DNA of 35,897 nucleotides from an uncultured Alphaproteobacteria bacterium (GCA_905480445.1 CAJQQJ010000413.1:1-35897); one strand, 5' to 3'. Positions 10,319 through 20,284 are shown, counted from the first letter of the stretch. The notes: generated by a model not told the origin, from the letters alone. Translations and numbers: made by a program.

Positions 10319-11256
10319 CTCAACAAAAAATTCTTCATCTCGTTTGCCACTTGTTCGGGCTTTAGATGAATGATCCAGTGATCAGCGTTTGGCACTTCTA
10401 CGACGTGAAGGTCGGCGGCGAATTGATCCAGACCTGCTCGGCAGACCGGTAGCAATGCCGGATCATCCATGCCCCAAATCACCAAGTGAGGCATGGTCAC
10501 TTTGAACTTTTCTGGATCAACATCTAACAACCAAGCCATGGGGTTCGGATCCTCCTTTGTTGGTACCGCAAGCGGCGAGGCTCTGTACCAATTCAACATG
10601 GCGTTCATGGCACCGGGTTGGGACCAAGTGGTTAGATAGCTTTCGCGCTCTTTGGGCGTCAGCCACTTCGTTGCAGAAAGTTTCTCGAGCATACCAAAGG
10701 TCTTCTCAAAGCCATTCGCTGACATGAGTTGTTCTGCATCATCCGCCCGAAGTCGCAACATATACTGGCTGGCCTTTGCCTGAGCCGGATCCGTGCTCAA
10801 TGCCCTTTGGAAAGTCACGGGATGAACACCGTTGATAATCACAAGCTTGTCAACGAGACTTGGGTGCCCGATTGCCAAAGCATAGGCCACGGCTGCACCC
10901 CAATCATGACCGGCCAGATTGAAAGCTTGACCAGGCAGCAGCCTGTCCATCAAACCAATCATGTCCTTGGATAGTTTGGATGCTTGATAAGCCTCGAGCT
11001 CCTGAGGTTTGGAACTGAGATTGTAGCCACGTTGATCTGGCATAATCATCAGGAAGTGTTCACTGAGATAAGGAACCAAGGGCTTCCATGCCGCCCAGTA
11101 TTCTGGGAACCCGTGGAGCATCAGGAGAGCTGGTTTCCCTTTTGCGTCAATTGTTCCCTCGTCATTTGTCGGCCCACCGTTGTGAACAACGTGAATAGTG
11201 ACATCGCCAACAGGGACTAAGCTTGATTGAAAATCATCAGGGGCGAATTCAGACAA
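10315..11256 (-). CDS. Alpha/beta hydrolase, epoxide hydrolase-like
   Basis: HGFPE oxyanion motif, DQRGYNLS, GHDWGA nucleophile Asp, NWYR, DHW catalytic His; TTG start. Confidence 0.9.
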   Translation of the reverse strand: MSEFAPDDFQSSLVPVGDVTIHVVHNGGPTNDEGTIDAKGKPALLMLHGFPEYWAAWKPLVPYLSEHFLMIMPDQRGYNLSSKPQELEAYQASKLSKDMIGLMDRLLPGQAFNLAGHDWGAAVAYALAIGHPSLVDKLVIINGVHPVTFQRALSTDPAQAKASQYMLRLRADDAEQLMSANGFEKTFGMLEKLSATKWLTPKERESYLTTWSQPGAMNAMLNWYRASPLAVPTKEDPNPMAWLLDVDPEKFKVTMPHLVIWGMDDPALLPVCRAGLDQFAADLHVVEVPNADHWIIHLKPEQVANEMKNFLLS

Positions 11257-11409
11257 AGTGTTTCCTTGGTTTAGAGTTGCGTGAGACAGATGTTGGAAAA
11301 GCTAGTCTTTTCGCCCCGTTCTTCAAACTCAATCTGACGCCAGCATCGCATTTCATCCACATTTACTCGGTAAGGTTAGATCATGGTGTCGTTCAAGGAG
11401 GAAATTAAT

Positions 11410-12057
11410 ATGCCCAATCAATCAGTGATCCGTAAAGCCGGGTTTTCAACCGCGATCATTTCGGCTGCCGTCGGCGTCCTGTTTGCAGTTTCTTCGTCTT
11501 CGGCTTGGGCCTGTGCTTGCTGCTCTGAACATGGTGAGCGCAATATTTCTGTCACACCAATTGAGGATTATAATCAGGACCTCCTGTCTGAAATTACCTT
11601 CGCTCCTCAAGCCAACTTGTATTCGACTGCTGCTGATTGGGAAGAGGCTATCAGAGGCATCAACAACCCTGGACAGTCCTACGATTACAAAGTGAGTGTC
11701 CGTCAGAATGGTACTAAGTGGGTCTTCACTCTTAACGATGGTCAAGGAAACCAGGGTAAGTTGACCCTGTCCTCAACCAACCGTCTGCGCCAGTTTGCTA
11801 TCGACACAAAACCTGAAATTTCGACCTCTGATTCCTATCAGCCCGTCGAACTTTACAAAGAGCTCGGGGTCTTTGGCCCTGTGAGCGGGAATGGCATCTT
11901 CGCGATTAACAAAAACAATCCACCGCGCGGTAATCTTACTTTTCATGGGCGGGGTAACTCTTGTCATGACGTCAGCCAATTCACCAATTGGACTTTGGAC
12001 GTGAAAGGACCCGAGACAAGATTTCGTTTCTTCGGCAAGCTTTCTTCAGATTACTAA
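11410..12057 (+). CDS. Secreted protein of unknown function with N-terminal CACC motif
   Basis: AAGGAGG RBS before ATG 11410; signal peptide ending AWA; beta-strand-like mature region. Confidence 0.8.
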   Translation: MPNQSVIRKAGFSTAIISAAVGVLFAVSSSSAWACACCSEHGERNISVTPIEDYNQDLLSEITFAPQANLYSTAADWEEAIRGINNPGQSYDYKVSVRQNGTKWVFTLNDGQGNQGKLTLSSTNRLRQFAIDTKPEISTSDSYQPVELYKELGVFGPVSGNGIFAINKNNPPRGNLTFHGRGNSCHDVSQFTNWTLDVKGPETRFRFFGKLSSDY

Positions 12058-12068
12058 CCTGAAAGTAA

Positions 12069-12968
12069 CTAAGCGCGCTCTTTGGCAGAGAGTAGCCATA
12101 GTTTAAGCTTAGCAGCACCTCGGCTGAGGCTACGCGCGGGAGGATGGGTTAGGTAGTAAGCTTGCAGTCCCTTCACCTTTGGCAGGTTCTCACAAACCAC
12201 GAGACCTAGAGCCGCAAGCAGGCCGTCACTGGCGGGAGAGCGTGCCAGAGCCAAACCATGCCCTTCTGCCGCCATCATCAGTGCCACCGGCGTTGAATCA
12301 ACAGTCGCTATCTTCAGCTTATCTAAAGAAAATTCCTGCTGCCCCTCCAGTATTTGATGCCAACCAACCTGGTGGCTTGCTATTTGATACACAGGCTTCG
12401 ACGCTACATCAGCAAATGATTTGACGGACCTGGAGACTTCTTCTCGGGCAACCACAGAAACTTCTTCGCCAAAAAGACAGGCCGCATCTTGGGCAAAATC
12501 AGACGGCGATCCAAAGACAACAAGCAAGTCCGGATCCCAGCCAGGTAGATCACTGGTTTGCTGTGCCCAGACCTGCGGCGTCACAACGTTGACGCGGCAA
12601 TTCGGATGGGCAGCCTCAAACTCTGCAACAACTTTCGGCAACCAACCCATGGCAAGCAAATGGTCCGTCTGCAACGTAATGTGCTCGATCTCATCACTGC
12701 CAAAAATAGCGGCCGCCGTGGTTTCAATAGACGAAAGCGATTGATGCACGGTTGGCAAGAATGCCCGCCCTGAATCCGTCAGACGAACTCGTTTTGCCTC
12801 GCGTAGAAAAAGGTTCTTGCCGAGATAGCCTTCTAACGCTCTCACCTGCTGGCTAATGGCAGAGGCTGACATGTTCAGCTCTTCGGCCGCACGTGCGAAA
12901 GATTCCGTGCGCGCAGCAACCGCAAAAACCCGCAACCAGTTTAGCGAAGGTATACGCTTCTTAGGCAT
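12069..12968 (-). CDS. LysR family transcriptional regulator (GcvA-like)
   Basis: PSLNWLRVFAVAARTESFARAAEELNMSASAISQQVRALE HTH; 299 aa. Confidence 0.93.
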   Translation of the reverse strand: MPKKRIPSLNWLRVFAVAARTESFARAAEELNMSASAISQQVRALEGYLGKNLFLREAKRVRLTDSGRAFLPTVHQSLSSIETTAAAIFGSDEIEHITLQTDHLLAMGWLPKVVAEFEAAHPNCRVNVVTPQVWAQQTSDLPGWDPDLLVVFGSPSDFAQDAACLFGEEVSVVAREEVSRSVKSFADVASKPVYQIASHQVGWHQILEGQQEFSLDKLKIATVDSTPVALMMAAEGHGLALARSPASDGLLAALGLVVCENLPKVKGLQAYYLTHPPARSLSRGAAKLKLWLLSAKERA

Positions 12969-12995
12969 TTCGACCTCATTCTGGCTTGTCGTTTC

Positions 12996-13028
12996 AGTTT
13001 TAGCCTAAGTACAACTTGCCCTAAAACT
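12996..13028. promoter_or_regulatory. Interrupted palindrome upstream of lysR, candidate LysR operator
   Basis: AGTTTTAG-cct-AAGT-aca-ACTT-gcc-CTAAAACT, 28-60 nt upstream of the lysR start. Confidence 0.5.
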
Positions 13029-13048
13029 CAAGGAGAAAAGACTGAGTG

Positions 13049-13450
13049 CTACTCCGCATAATCAACCATTGCGAAATACTTCTTCATGGGCTCCGTTTGC
13101 CGCCAAATTCCTGTGAAGCCTTTAGGCATAAAAAAAACATCTCCGGTTTCGAAACGTTCCTCACTGCCATCATCGTCAATGATGAGGCACGAGCCCTCAA
13201 GTACCACCATGAACTCGTCTTTGTCATAGTCGACAATTTTTTCGGCGTAGGCCGTGCTTTCCCAAATGCCAATTCGGACCTTTCCTGGGGCATTTCGCAT
13301 CTGCGCAAAGAATAGAGTTGATCGCTCTTTGGGGTCACCTTCGATGATACCAGCATGGGTCACGGCGGTCCAAGACGCAGAAGTATTGTTGACAGAACCT
13401 TCTCCGCCTAATCGAACTACTTTGGTTGACTGTGAGGTCATTGACTGCAT
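13049..13450 (-). CDS. Cupin domain protein (DUF861/EutQ-like)
   Basis: GIWESTAY, DEFMVVLEG, GDVFFMPKGFTGIW, KKYF signature. Confidence 0.88.
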   Translation of the reverse strand: MQSMTSQSTKVVRLGGEGSVNNTSASWTAVTHAGIIEGDPKERSTLFFAQMRNAPGKVRIGIWESTAYAEKIVDYDKDEFMVVLEGSCLIIDDDGSEERFETGDVFFMPKGFTGIWRQTEPMKKYFAMVDYAE

Positions 13451-13567
13451 CCTAGTGGCTTGAAGGGCGATCTCGTCCGAAAGTGAAGCAAAAAGATCGG
13501 GCTTTGGATAGTATTGAAATCATTTTTCTCTTCTAATAGGTTGTCAGAGAGCGGAGAAACTAAACGC

Positions 13568-14977
13568 ATGCATCAAACACACTACGACATGATTGTGATT
13601 GGCAGTGGTCCGGCGGGTCGCCGCGCTGCTATCCAGGCTGCAAAGATCGGCAAAGAAGTCTTGGTTGTAGAGAAGGGCCGCCAAGTCGGCGGTGTCTCTG
13701 TTCATACCGGCACCATTCCATCGAAAACATTGCGTGAAACTGTCCTCAATCTTTCTGGCTGGCGTGAACGTGGCTTCTACGGTCGTGCCTACCGGGTCAA
13801 ACAAGACATAGATGCGGGTGATCTTCGCGAAAGACTGCAGAAAACCCTGGAACACGAAGTAGAGGTTCTTGAGCATCAGTTCACGCGTAACGGTGTCACC
13901 ACTCTATGCGGGACAGCTCATTTCATTGGTGAAAATGAGATCGAAGTTAATGAGGCCGAAGGTGTTACCTCGCACTATACTGCTGATCGCTTTCTGATTT
14001 GCGTCGGCACAAAACCCTTCCGCCCAGATTACATGCCTTTCGATGGGGAGCGGGTTCTGGACAGTGACGAGGTCCTTGATGTCAAACACTTGCCGCGCAG
14101 TCTTGTGGTCATTGGCGCAGGTGTTATCGGCGTTGAATATGCGACGATCTTTTCAGCACTCGATGTCAAGGTCACCTTGATCGAACCGCGCAATACTTTC
14201 CTCGATTTCGTTGACCGCGAAGTGCTCCAAGAATTCACTCACGATCTGAGAGATCGCGGCATGTCGATCCGGCTTGATTGCACTGTTGAAAATGTCGAAG
14301 TGAAGGGAACTTCTGTTCATCTCTCGCTCAGTGATAAGAGGGTTGTTGTTGCCGACATGGTGCTTTTTGCCGCCGGTCGCATTGGCGCAACAGATAGCCT
14401 AAATCTGAAAGCCGTCGGCTTGGAAGTTGATCACCGTGGGCGTTTAAAAGTAGATCCTAAGACCTTTCAAACTGAGAAGGACCATATCTACGCTGCTGGT
14501 GACATCATCGGTTTCCCAAGCCTTGCGTCTACGTCACTTGAACAAGGTCGGGTGGCCGCCTGTCATGCCTTTGGTGCGCCCGTGCCCAAAGCACCCGCTT
14601 ACTTCCCTATCGGGATTTATGCCGTGCCGGAGATTTCCACCTCAGGCATGTCTGAAGAGGAAGTCCGCGAACGTGGCATAGGCTATGAGGTTGGCATCGC
14701 TCGTTTTCGCGAAACCTCACGAGGGCACATCATGGGCCTCAATACCGGCATGATGAAACTAATCTTCTCGCTCAAAACCAGGCGTCTGTTAGGCGTTCAT
14801 ATCCTGGGTGAAGGCGCGACCGAGCTCATTCACATCGGGCAAGCCGTGCTCAATCTCAAAGGCACGATCGAGTACTTTGTCGAGAACACCTTCAACTATC
14901 CAACCCTTGCAGAAGCTTACAAGATTGCAGCACTCGACGCTTGGAATCGTATGCCGGTGTTTGAGGAAGAAGACTAA
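13568..14977 (+). CDS. sthA: Soluble (Si-specific) pyridine nucleotide transhydrogenase
   Basis: Start re-called at ATG 13568 after GGAG; GSGPAG, HTGTIPSKTLRE, GAGVIGVEY, GFPSLAS, TFNYPTLAEAYKIAALD. Confidence 0.93.
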   Translation: MHQTHYDMIVIGSGPAGRRAAIQAAKIGKEVLVVEKGRQVGGVSVHTGTIPSKTLRETVLNLSGWRERGFYGRAYRVKQDIDAGDLRERLQKTLEHEVEVLEHQFTRNGVTTLCGTAHFIGENEIEVNEAEGVTSHYTADRFLICVGTKPFRPDYMPFDGERVLDSDEVLDVKHLPRSLVVIGAGVIGVEYATIFSALDVKVTLIEPRNTFLDFVDREVLQEFTHDLRDRGMSIRLDCTVENVEVKGTSVHLSLSDKRVVVADMVLFAAGRIGATDSLNLKAVGLEVDHRGRLKVDPKTFQTEKDHIYAAGDIIGFPSLASTSLEQGRVAACHAFGAPVPKAPAYFPIGIYAVPEISTSGMSEEEVRERGIGYEVGIARFRETSRGHIMGLNTGMMKLIFSLKTRRLLGVHILGEGATELIHIGQAVLNLKGTIEYFVENTFNYPTLAEAYKIAALDAWNRMPVFEEED

Positions 14978-16005
14978 CCTCCTTCGAAGCCAGACAAAAA
15001 GTTCACTGTGTTGACACCGATATCGTCAATGGCATAGCCGCCTTCCATAACGATCAAGGTAGGCTTAGCGAGCTTTGCTATGTCTTGCGCCATCACTGTA
15101 AAGTCATCATGATCCAGCTTAAAGAATGAGATTGGATCTTCCTTGTAGGTATCAGTACCCAGCGAAACGACAAGAGCGTCTGGCCCAAAAGCTTCTATAC
15201 GTTTGATCGCATCACTGAGGCCCGTTCGCCATTCCACGAAACCTGTTCCTGGAGCAAAAGGATAGTTCTGATTAAAACCATCACCAGCACCCGATCCCGT
15301 TTCGTCTGCATACCCTAAGAAATGGGGGAAAGCATCCATTGGATCGCCATGAAGAGAGGCAAAGAAAACGTCATCTCGACTATAGAAAATATCTTGCGTT
15401 CCGTTGCCATGATGGAAGTCGACATCGAGAACAGCGACTTTCTTCGCTCCTTGATCTCGCAAAGACTGCGCTGCTACAGCGGCATTGTTGATAAAGCAGT
15501 AGCCCCCAAACATGTCGACCGCAGCATGGTGACCAGGTGGTCGGCAAAGAGAAAAGGCTATTTGTTCAGCGCCTGACCCAATCAATTTAGCGCCTGTTAG
15601 GGCGACATCCTTGGAGGACAAAGCCGCTTCCCAAGTTCCAGGAGAAATCGAGGTCTCAGTCGCCAAAGAGTAGTAGCCAAGCTTGCCTTCGACAAAAGTT
15701 GGGATCTTGTTACTCATGCGTCGTGCGGGCCAACAAGTCGGAATGGCTTCCCCTTTGTAGCCTGTGGCGAGCCATTCTTCCCAGACGCTTGACATAAACT
15801 CAATGTAATCTGCATCGTGAATACGCAGAACCTCATCCATACCGAAAGCCCCGGGCTCGATAACTTCGCCGTAAGACCGCACATCGATTTGTTTCAGGAT
15901 CAAGTCCATCCTAGACGGACGTTCAAACGGCTCGACCAGCTCTCCTCCAAACAATTCTGTCTTGGCATCACGAAGGCGGTGTTTTTCGCTGTAAACTATT
16001 TTCAT
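14974..16005 (-). CDS. aphA: Acetylpolyamine amidohydrolase (histone deacetylase family)
   Basis: KTELFGGELVEPFE N-terminus, CRPPGHH, DVDFHHGNGTQ, DPISFF, MEGGY; closely resembles Mycoplana-type APAH as recalled. Confidence 0.9.
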   Translation of the reverse strand: MKIVYSEKHRLRDAKTELFGGELVEPFERPSRMDLILKQIDVRSYGEVIEPGAFGMDEVLRIHDADYIEFMSSVWEEWLATGYKGEAIPTCWPARRMSNKIPTFVEGKLGYYSLATETSISPGTWEAALSSKDVALTGAKLIGSGAEQIAFSLCRPPGHHAAVDMFGGYCFINNAAVAAQSLRDQGAKKVAVLDVDFHHGNGTQDIFYSRDDVFFASLHGDPMDAFPHFLGYADETGSGAGDGFNQNYPFAPGTGFVEWRTGLSDAIKRIEAFGPDALVVSLGTDTYKEDPISFFKLDHDDFTVMAQDIAKLAKPTLIVMEGGYAIDDIGVNTVNFLSGFEGG

Positions 16006-16109
16006 GGTCAGGCTCCCTTTCAGACCAAACTAGCTAAGCAGATTTCCAAGTCAATGGGCTTCCCTTTTCTGACTGTGGGTTTTAGTAAGGTGCAAAGAAA
16101 GGTCTCTGT

Positions 16110-16607
16110 GTGCTCTATCTCAATCGATTGATCCTGATTAACGCTTTGTTAGTTCTTTTTGCTGCAATTATTCATGTTCAGCAAATGGGCTTTCTTGATT
16201 GTGAAACACCAAGTTCTTGTCAGGAGATGAAGTTAAGCGCGGATTTTGGCCTGACTGTTTTTGGTGCTCTCATGCTCCTGGGCTTCATTAACTGCTACCG
16301 GTCCGATTGGGCGAAACGCGACGTGATATTTTTGGGATTGGTCGCCGCTGCCACATTGTTCGCAGTGAAGAACTACTTAAGTGAACCATCCCTATTGCGC
16401 TACACGTCAAGCCCCTTAATCTATGTTGAGATCATCAGCGTGATCGGCGTGCTGGTCTCACTTGCGACGATTGTCGCCTGGCCTTGGCTCATCTACAAAA
16501 AGCGCTGGAAAGATTTGGGCGCTCATGCAGGCGCGATTGGCGTTGCCATTCTTTGTTTAGCCATAGCTCTCTATGTCGACACTTCGACTCTGCTTTACGC
16601 CACTTGA
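16110..16607 (+). CDS. Hypothetical integral membrane protein
   Basis: 165 aa with about five hydrophobic segments, fills the gap between two minus-strand genes; GTG start uncertain. Confidence 0.65.
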   Translation: MLYLNRLILINALLVLFAAIIHVQQMGFLDCETPSSCQEMKLSADFGLTVFGALMLLGFINCYRSDWAKRDVIFLGLVAAATLFAVKNYLSEPSLLRYTSSPLIYVEIISVIGVLVSLATIVAWPWLIYKKRWKDLGAHAGAIGVAILCLAIALYVDTSTLLYAT

Positions 16608-17647
16608 TCAAGATCAAGACTGAAAACCTTTAGCGGCTCTTCCAATCCTTTTACGAGATGCTCGCCTTTCTCACTAAGTGTTATCCCATCGGGCAGTGTC
16701 ACCATTTTCGTTGCGGCATCAGAAAGTAGAACATCGACATTTAGGTTCTTGCAAAGCGTCTCTAATCGGGCCGTTGTATTGAGGACCTCGCCTAAGTAGG
16801 TGATCTGTCTGCGATAGCCTCCATACTCGCCTGTGAAGACCTTGCCGCCGTGCAGCACTGCACGAAACTTGGGCGTGGTTTGATAGCGCTTAAGGTACCA
16901 GGCACTGCGCTTTTTTAACCTTGCCTGGCAGAGTACCAGAGCCTTAACAACTCGAGAGTTGCTTTGGTTTTGTTGGAGCGGCCAAGTGACAATGACGGCG
17001 TCTCCAACATAGGAATAGATTTCACCCTTACTTTCGAAAATGAAGGGGTCTATGTCCGCAATGAAGTCTGACAGAAAGGAATAGAAAGCCTTGTCCCCTA
17101 ATCGTTTTGCCAACGCAGTTGAGCCCACGACATCAATTAGGAGGAACAATCGCTCTTCCTCAACCGGACGATGGTAACGTCCTGTCAAAAGATTGATCAA
17201 CATTCGACCACCAATCAAGGTCCGCATCTGAATGAAGAACAACGCGAAAGCCAAGACTGAAAAGGCGATTAAGGTGTCAGACAAAAACCACCGTGTTCCG
17301 TAGCCACTTTCGCTGTTGCCAGTCAGCCACCCGGTCATTTGATACCCAAACAACAAGCCGCCAGTAATCAAGACCCAATGGGCCAATAGCCTGAAAAACA
17401 GCGTTTGATAAAAGGGTCGTTTGAATAGCCAGCGCCCCAATGGTCCTGCGATTAGGAATATTTCCAAGCCAGCACTCAAGCCTGCTATCAACAGCCCGGC
17501 CCTCACACCTGGGTAGTGCGCTATTTCAGCCGCACCACGTGCAGACGAGGTCATCTCTGTATAAAAGCGGCCAATGAGTGCCCCGATCACAATGCTCACG
17601 ATCCAGGTAATGATCTTATTCTTTTGTTTTTCGGTCAACTTGATCAT
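16595..17647 (-). CDS. Membrane-anchored class III nucleotidyl (adenylate/guanylate) cyclase
   Basis: About four N-terminal TM helices, GRYHRPVEEER linker, metal-binding IDVVGST and VGDAV, GEVLNTTARLE, VKG; start re-called at ATG 17647. Confidence 0.88.
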   Translation of the reverse strand: MIKLTEKQKNKIITWIVSIVIGALIGRFYTEMTSSARGAAEIAHYPGVRAGLLIAGLSAGLEIFLIAGPLGRWLFKRPFYQTLFFRLLAHWVLITGGLLFGYQMTGWLTGNSESGYGTRWFLSDTLIAFSVLAFALFFIQMRTLIGGRMLINLLTGRYHRPVEEERLFLLIDVVGSTALAKRLGDKAFYSFLSDFIADIDPFIFESKGEIYSYVGDAVIVTWPLQQNQSNSRVVKALVLCQARLKKRSAWYLKRYQTTPKFRAVLHGGKVFTGEYGGYRRQITYLGEVLNTTARLETLCKNLNVDVLLSDAATKMVTLPDGITLSEKGEHLVKGLEEPLKVFSLDLDQVA

Positions 17648-17708
17648 GAAATAGACACTAATGCTCTCTCTATCTAAAGCAACTCCAAAAGGGACAGGAC
17701 AGAACAGT

Positions 17709-18323
17709 ATGCACAAGTCAAAGAACGTCGATCATATCGTCTTTGATATCGGAAACGTGTTGATCGATTGGGATTCTGAACGCCCTTTCAAACGTCTAAT
17801 TCCTGACGACGAGAAACGCGCCTTCTTCCTGAAGGAAATCTGCAATCAGGCTTGGAATACGGAGCAGGATCGTGGTCGGACTTGGCAGGAAGCAGAAGAG
17901 GCCTTGATCGTCGATTACCCCGATTGGGAAGAGCTCATCCGCGCATACCGCAAATATTGGATCGAAACGATTTCAGGGCCGGAACCAGGCGGCTTTGAAT
18001 TGAGGGATGAATTGAAAGCAAGCGGATACCATCTCACAGCTCTATCGAATTTTTCAGCTGATACTTTTGAAGAAGTTTCAGGCCATTACCCTGCGCTCCT
18101 CGACGTTGAAGGACTGACGATCTCAGGACGCGTTGGCCTGATCAAACCCGACGCAGAAATCTATCATTATCACGCGAAAACATTCGATTTAGATCCTGCC
18201 CGCACAGTCTTCATTGACGACAGTCCAGCCAATGTGTTGGCCGCAAGAGAACAAGGCTGGCAAGCTGTAGAGTTCGCTACAGCCGATCAAACCAGAGCAG
18301 AATTGGCAGATATTCTAAGCTAA
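17709..18323 (+). CDS. HAD-superfamily hydrolase (phosphatase/haloacid dehalogenase-like)
   Basis: FDIGNVL motif I, LSNF motif II, KPDAEIY, FIDDSPAN motif IV; start re-called at ATG 17709. Confidence 0.92.
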   Translation: MHKSKNVDHIVFDIGNVLIDWDSERPFKRLIPDDEKRAFFLKEICNQAWNTEQDRGRTWQEAEEALIVDYPDWEELIRAYRKYWIETISGPEPGGFELRDELKASGYHLTALSNFSADTFEEVSGHYPALLDVEGLTISGRVGLIKPDAEIYHYHAKTFDLDPARTVFIDDSPANVLAAREQGWQAVEFATADQTRAELADILS

Positions 18324-19754
18324 ATTTGGTCTCTTCTCAGTGCCATTGTACCAGCCGCCAACTGCTGCTTCATAAGCGCGGCCAAAGGCTATGCAGCGTT
18401 CATCATGGAAAGGTTTGGCAACAACTTGAACACCAAGAGGCATACCATTATCTGCGAAGCCCGATGGCACCGACAACACCGGACAACGGCTCAACATATT
18501 GAACTGCGCGGTTAAAAAACCGCTCAATGCTGCCATCTCGGCTGGTTGTCCATTGCGGGTATAGGGAATAGGCTCATAGGCTGTATGAGCCTCTGGTCCA
18601 ACCACGGCCATTCCTGGACAAAGAAAGACGTCGTTGGCCTCCAGATAAGGACCCAATGTCAAATACATCTCGTAAGCTGACTCATTCGCTTTGATCAGAT
18701 CCTCTGACGTCGAGGCCGCTGCTCCCTTAGCGTAATCGATCGTATAGTCACAAAGAAGGTCGCCGTGCTCTTCATATTCCCTGAGAAGAGTGCGCCCCCA
18801 AACATGGCTGAGATAGAGCTCTGACAAGGCACAGGAGTTTTGTGGCCAACCCAATTTTGCCTCAGTCAATTCCACGCCTTGGTCTGCTAGGAAGTCCAAA
18901 GTCTTCTGGAAATTGGCAACCACCTGATCATCGACTTCGCCAGTCTCTAGATCAAATGAGTAAGCCGCTTTCATGCCTTTGAGCGACGCTGGGCTTTCAG
19001 TATCCAAAACAACTTTTTCTCTAACGGATGCGATATCACTTAAGTCCTGACCAGACGTGATGTTCTGCATCAAAGCCAGATCATTCACTGTCCGCGCCAT
19101 CGGCCCCGTATGGCTATAGTAATCTAGATTGAAGACCGCAATTTCGGGGTTGCGACCGTAAGGGGCTTTGAACCCAGTCACACCACAACAGGCCGCCGGA
19201 ATGCGAATAGAGCCACCAATGTCAGTACCTGTTGCCAGCGTCGTACCACCTGCGGCCAGTAAGGCCCCTGAGCCACCTGAAGAACCGCCAGTTGTCATTT
19301 GCGGGTTCCAAGGGTTGCGTGACGTTCCCCATAGCTTAGACGTTGTGGTGCCCAGCAAACAAAATTCAGGCGTCGTCGTTTTGCAGTGTGGGATAGCACC
19401 AGCATCAATTAACCGCTGAAGGTAGACAACCGTGAAATCGTCAACCCGATCTTTGTAAGCAAGCGAAGCTTGAGAACGGCCTGTTCCAGCCAACGGCAGT
19501 TCCTCTTTCACCGCCAATGGCAAGCCCTCGAGAGCACGAGGGGCTTCCCCTTTACCCATGTAGCGATCTTCTGCTTCTTGCGCCGTCTTCATTGCGCTTT
19601 CTTCCATGAATTCGGTAACGCAGTTAACCGCATCATGGGCTTTATGAGCTTGTTCCAGAATGGCCTTCATGAAGGCGACGGGAGAGAGCTCACGGGCATG
19701 AAAAAGCTTCAACACTTCTTCACCACTGAGATAAACGAGATCCTGATCAGTCAT
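18315..19754 (-). CDS. Amidase signature family enzyme
   Basis: AVKE catalytic Lys, GGSSGGSG, GTDIGGSIRIPAACCG. Confidence 0.94.
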   Translation of the reverse strand: MTDQDLVYLSGEEVLKLFHARELSPVAFMKAILEQAHKAHDAVNCVTEFMEESAMKTAQEAEDRYMGKGEAPRALEGLPLAVKEELPLAGTGRSQASLAYKDRVDDFTVVYLQRLIDAGAIPHCKTTTPEFCLLGTTTSKLWGTSRNPWNPQMTTGGSSGGSGALLAAGGTTLATGTDIGGSIRIPAACCGVTGFKAPYGRNPEIAVFNLDYYSHTGPMARTVNDLALMQNITSGQDLSDIASVREKVVLDTESPASLKGMKAAYSFDLETGEVDDQVVANFQKTLDFLADQGVELTEAKLGWPQNSCALSELYLSHVWGRTLLREYEEHGDLLCDYTIDYAKGAAASTSEDLIKANESAYEMYLTLGPYLEANDVFLCPGMAVVGPEAHTAYEPIPYTRNGQPAEMAALSGFLTAQFNMLSRCPVLSVPSGFADNGMPLGVQVVAKPFHDERCIAFGRAYEAAVGGWYNGTEKRPNLA

Positions 19755-19831
19755 TAGAAAACTCCCTGTCTTTTACGTTAAGCTAGCCTTCTTCCCTCCA
19801 GTCGTCGAGCAGGAACTTCAGCATCTCATGT

Positions 19832-20284
19832 TCAATTATAAAGACCGTTCAACTTAACCAAGTTCTGAGTTGTAAGTTCTTCTTCACTGATGCCTAGATC
19901 GTAAGCAGGAGATAAAATCATCTCTGCTTTGCTGACGTCAATTCGAACGAAGGAGGCCATGTGAGGAATGTAGATACCCCAGGGCTTTTCGAAAGCATCC
20001 AGCAGGCTTTGGTCAGCCTGAGGCTTTGATACATTTGAACCTTTGCCAGTTACGCGGACAGCCTTCCTTGTCACGACGTCAATAAAACAAACCTCAATGT
20101 TTGAACGATCTCTCAAATTGGCGAGCGTACCAGGCGAGCGCAGGTTACCAAAAGCCAGCGTCTGATCATCAACAATCACAAATGTTGCCTTGGGCGAGAC
20201 CGAAGGTGATCCATCCTTGTTAACTGTTGCAACCATACCAGCGGGATGATTGGTGATCAGCGCTTTCATTTCTTCCGTTAGCAT
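19832..20284 (-). CDS. Pyridoxamine 5'-phosphate oxidase-like FMN-binding protein
   Basis: VATVNKDGSPSVSPK, SPGTLANL, VRVTG, SPAYD split-barrel pattern. Confidence 0.85.
   Translation of the reverse strand: MLTEEMKALITNHPAGMVATVNKDGSPSVSPKATFVIVDDQTLAFGNLRSPGTLANLRDRSNIEVCFIDVVTRKAVRVTGKGSNVSKPQADQSLLDAFEKPWGIYIPHMASFVRIDVSKAEMILSPAYDLGISEEELTTQNLVKLNGLYN

Noticed and set aside
13046..13315. Plus-strand 89-aa ORF with good SD
   Set aside because: Fully antisense to a motif-supported cupin and has no recognisable features; not called as a CDS
13670..13740. SthA lacking the redox Cys (GGVSVHTGTIPSK)
   Set aside because: SthA does not use a redox disulfide, and I recall this Ser variant in other alphaproteobacterial SthA; not treated as anomalous
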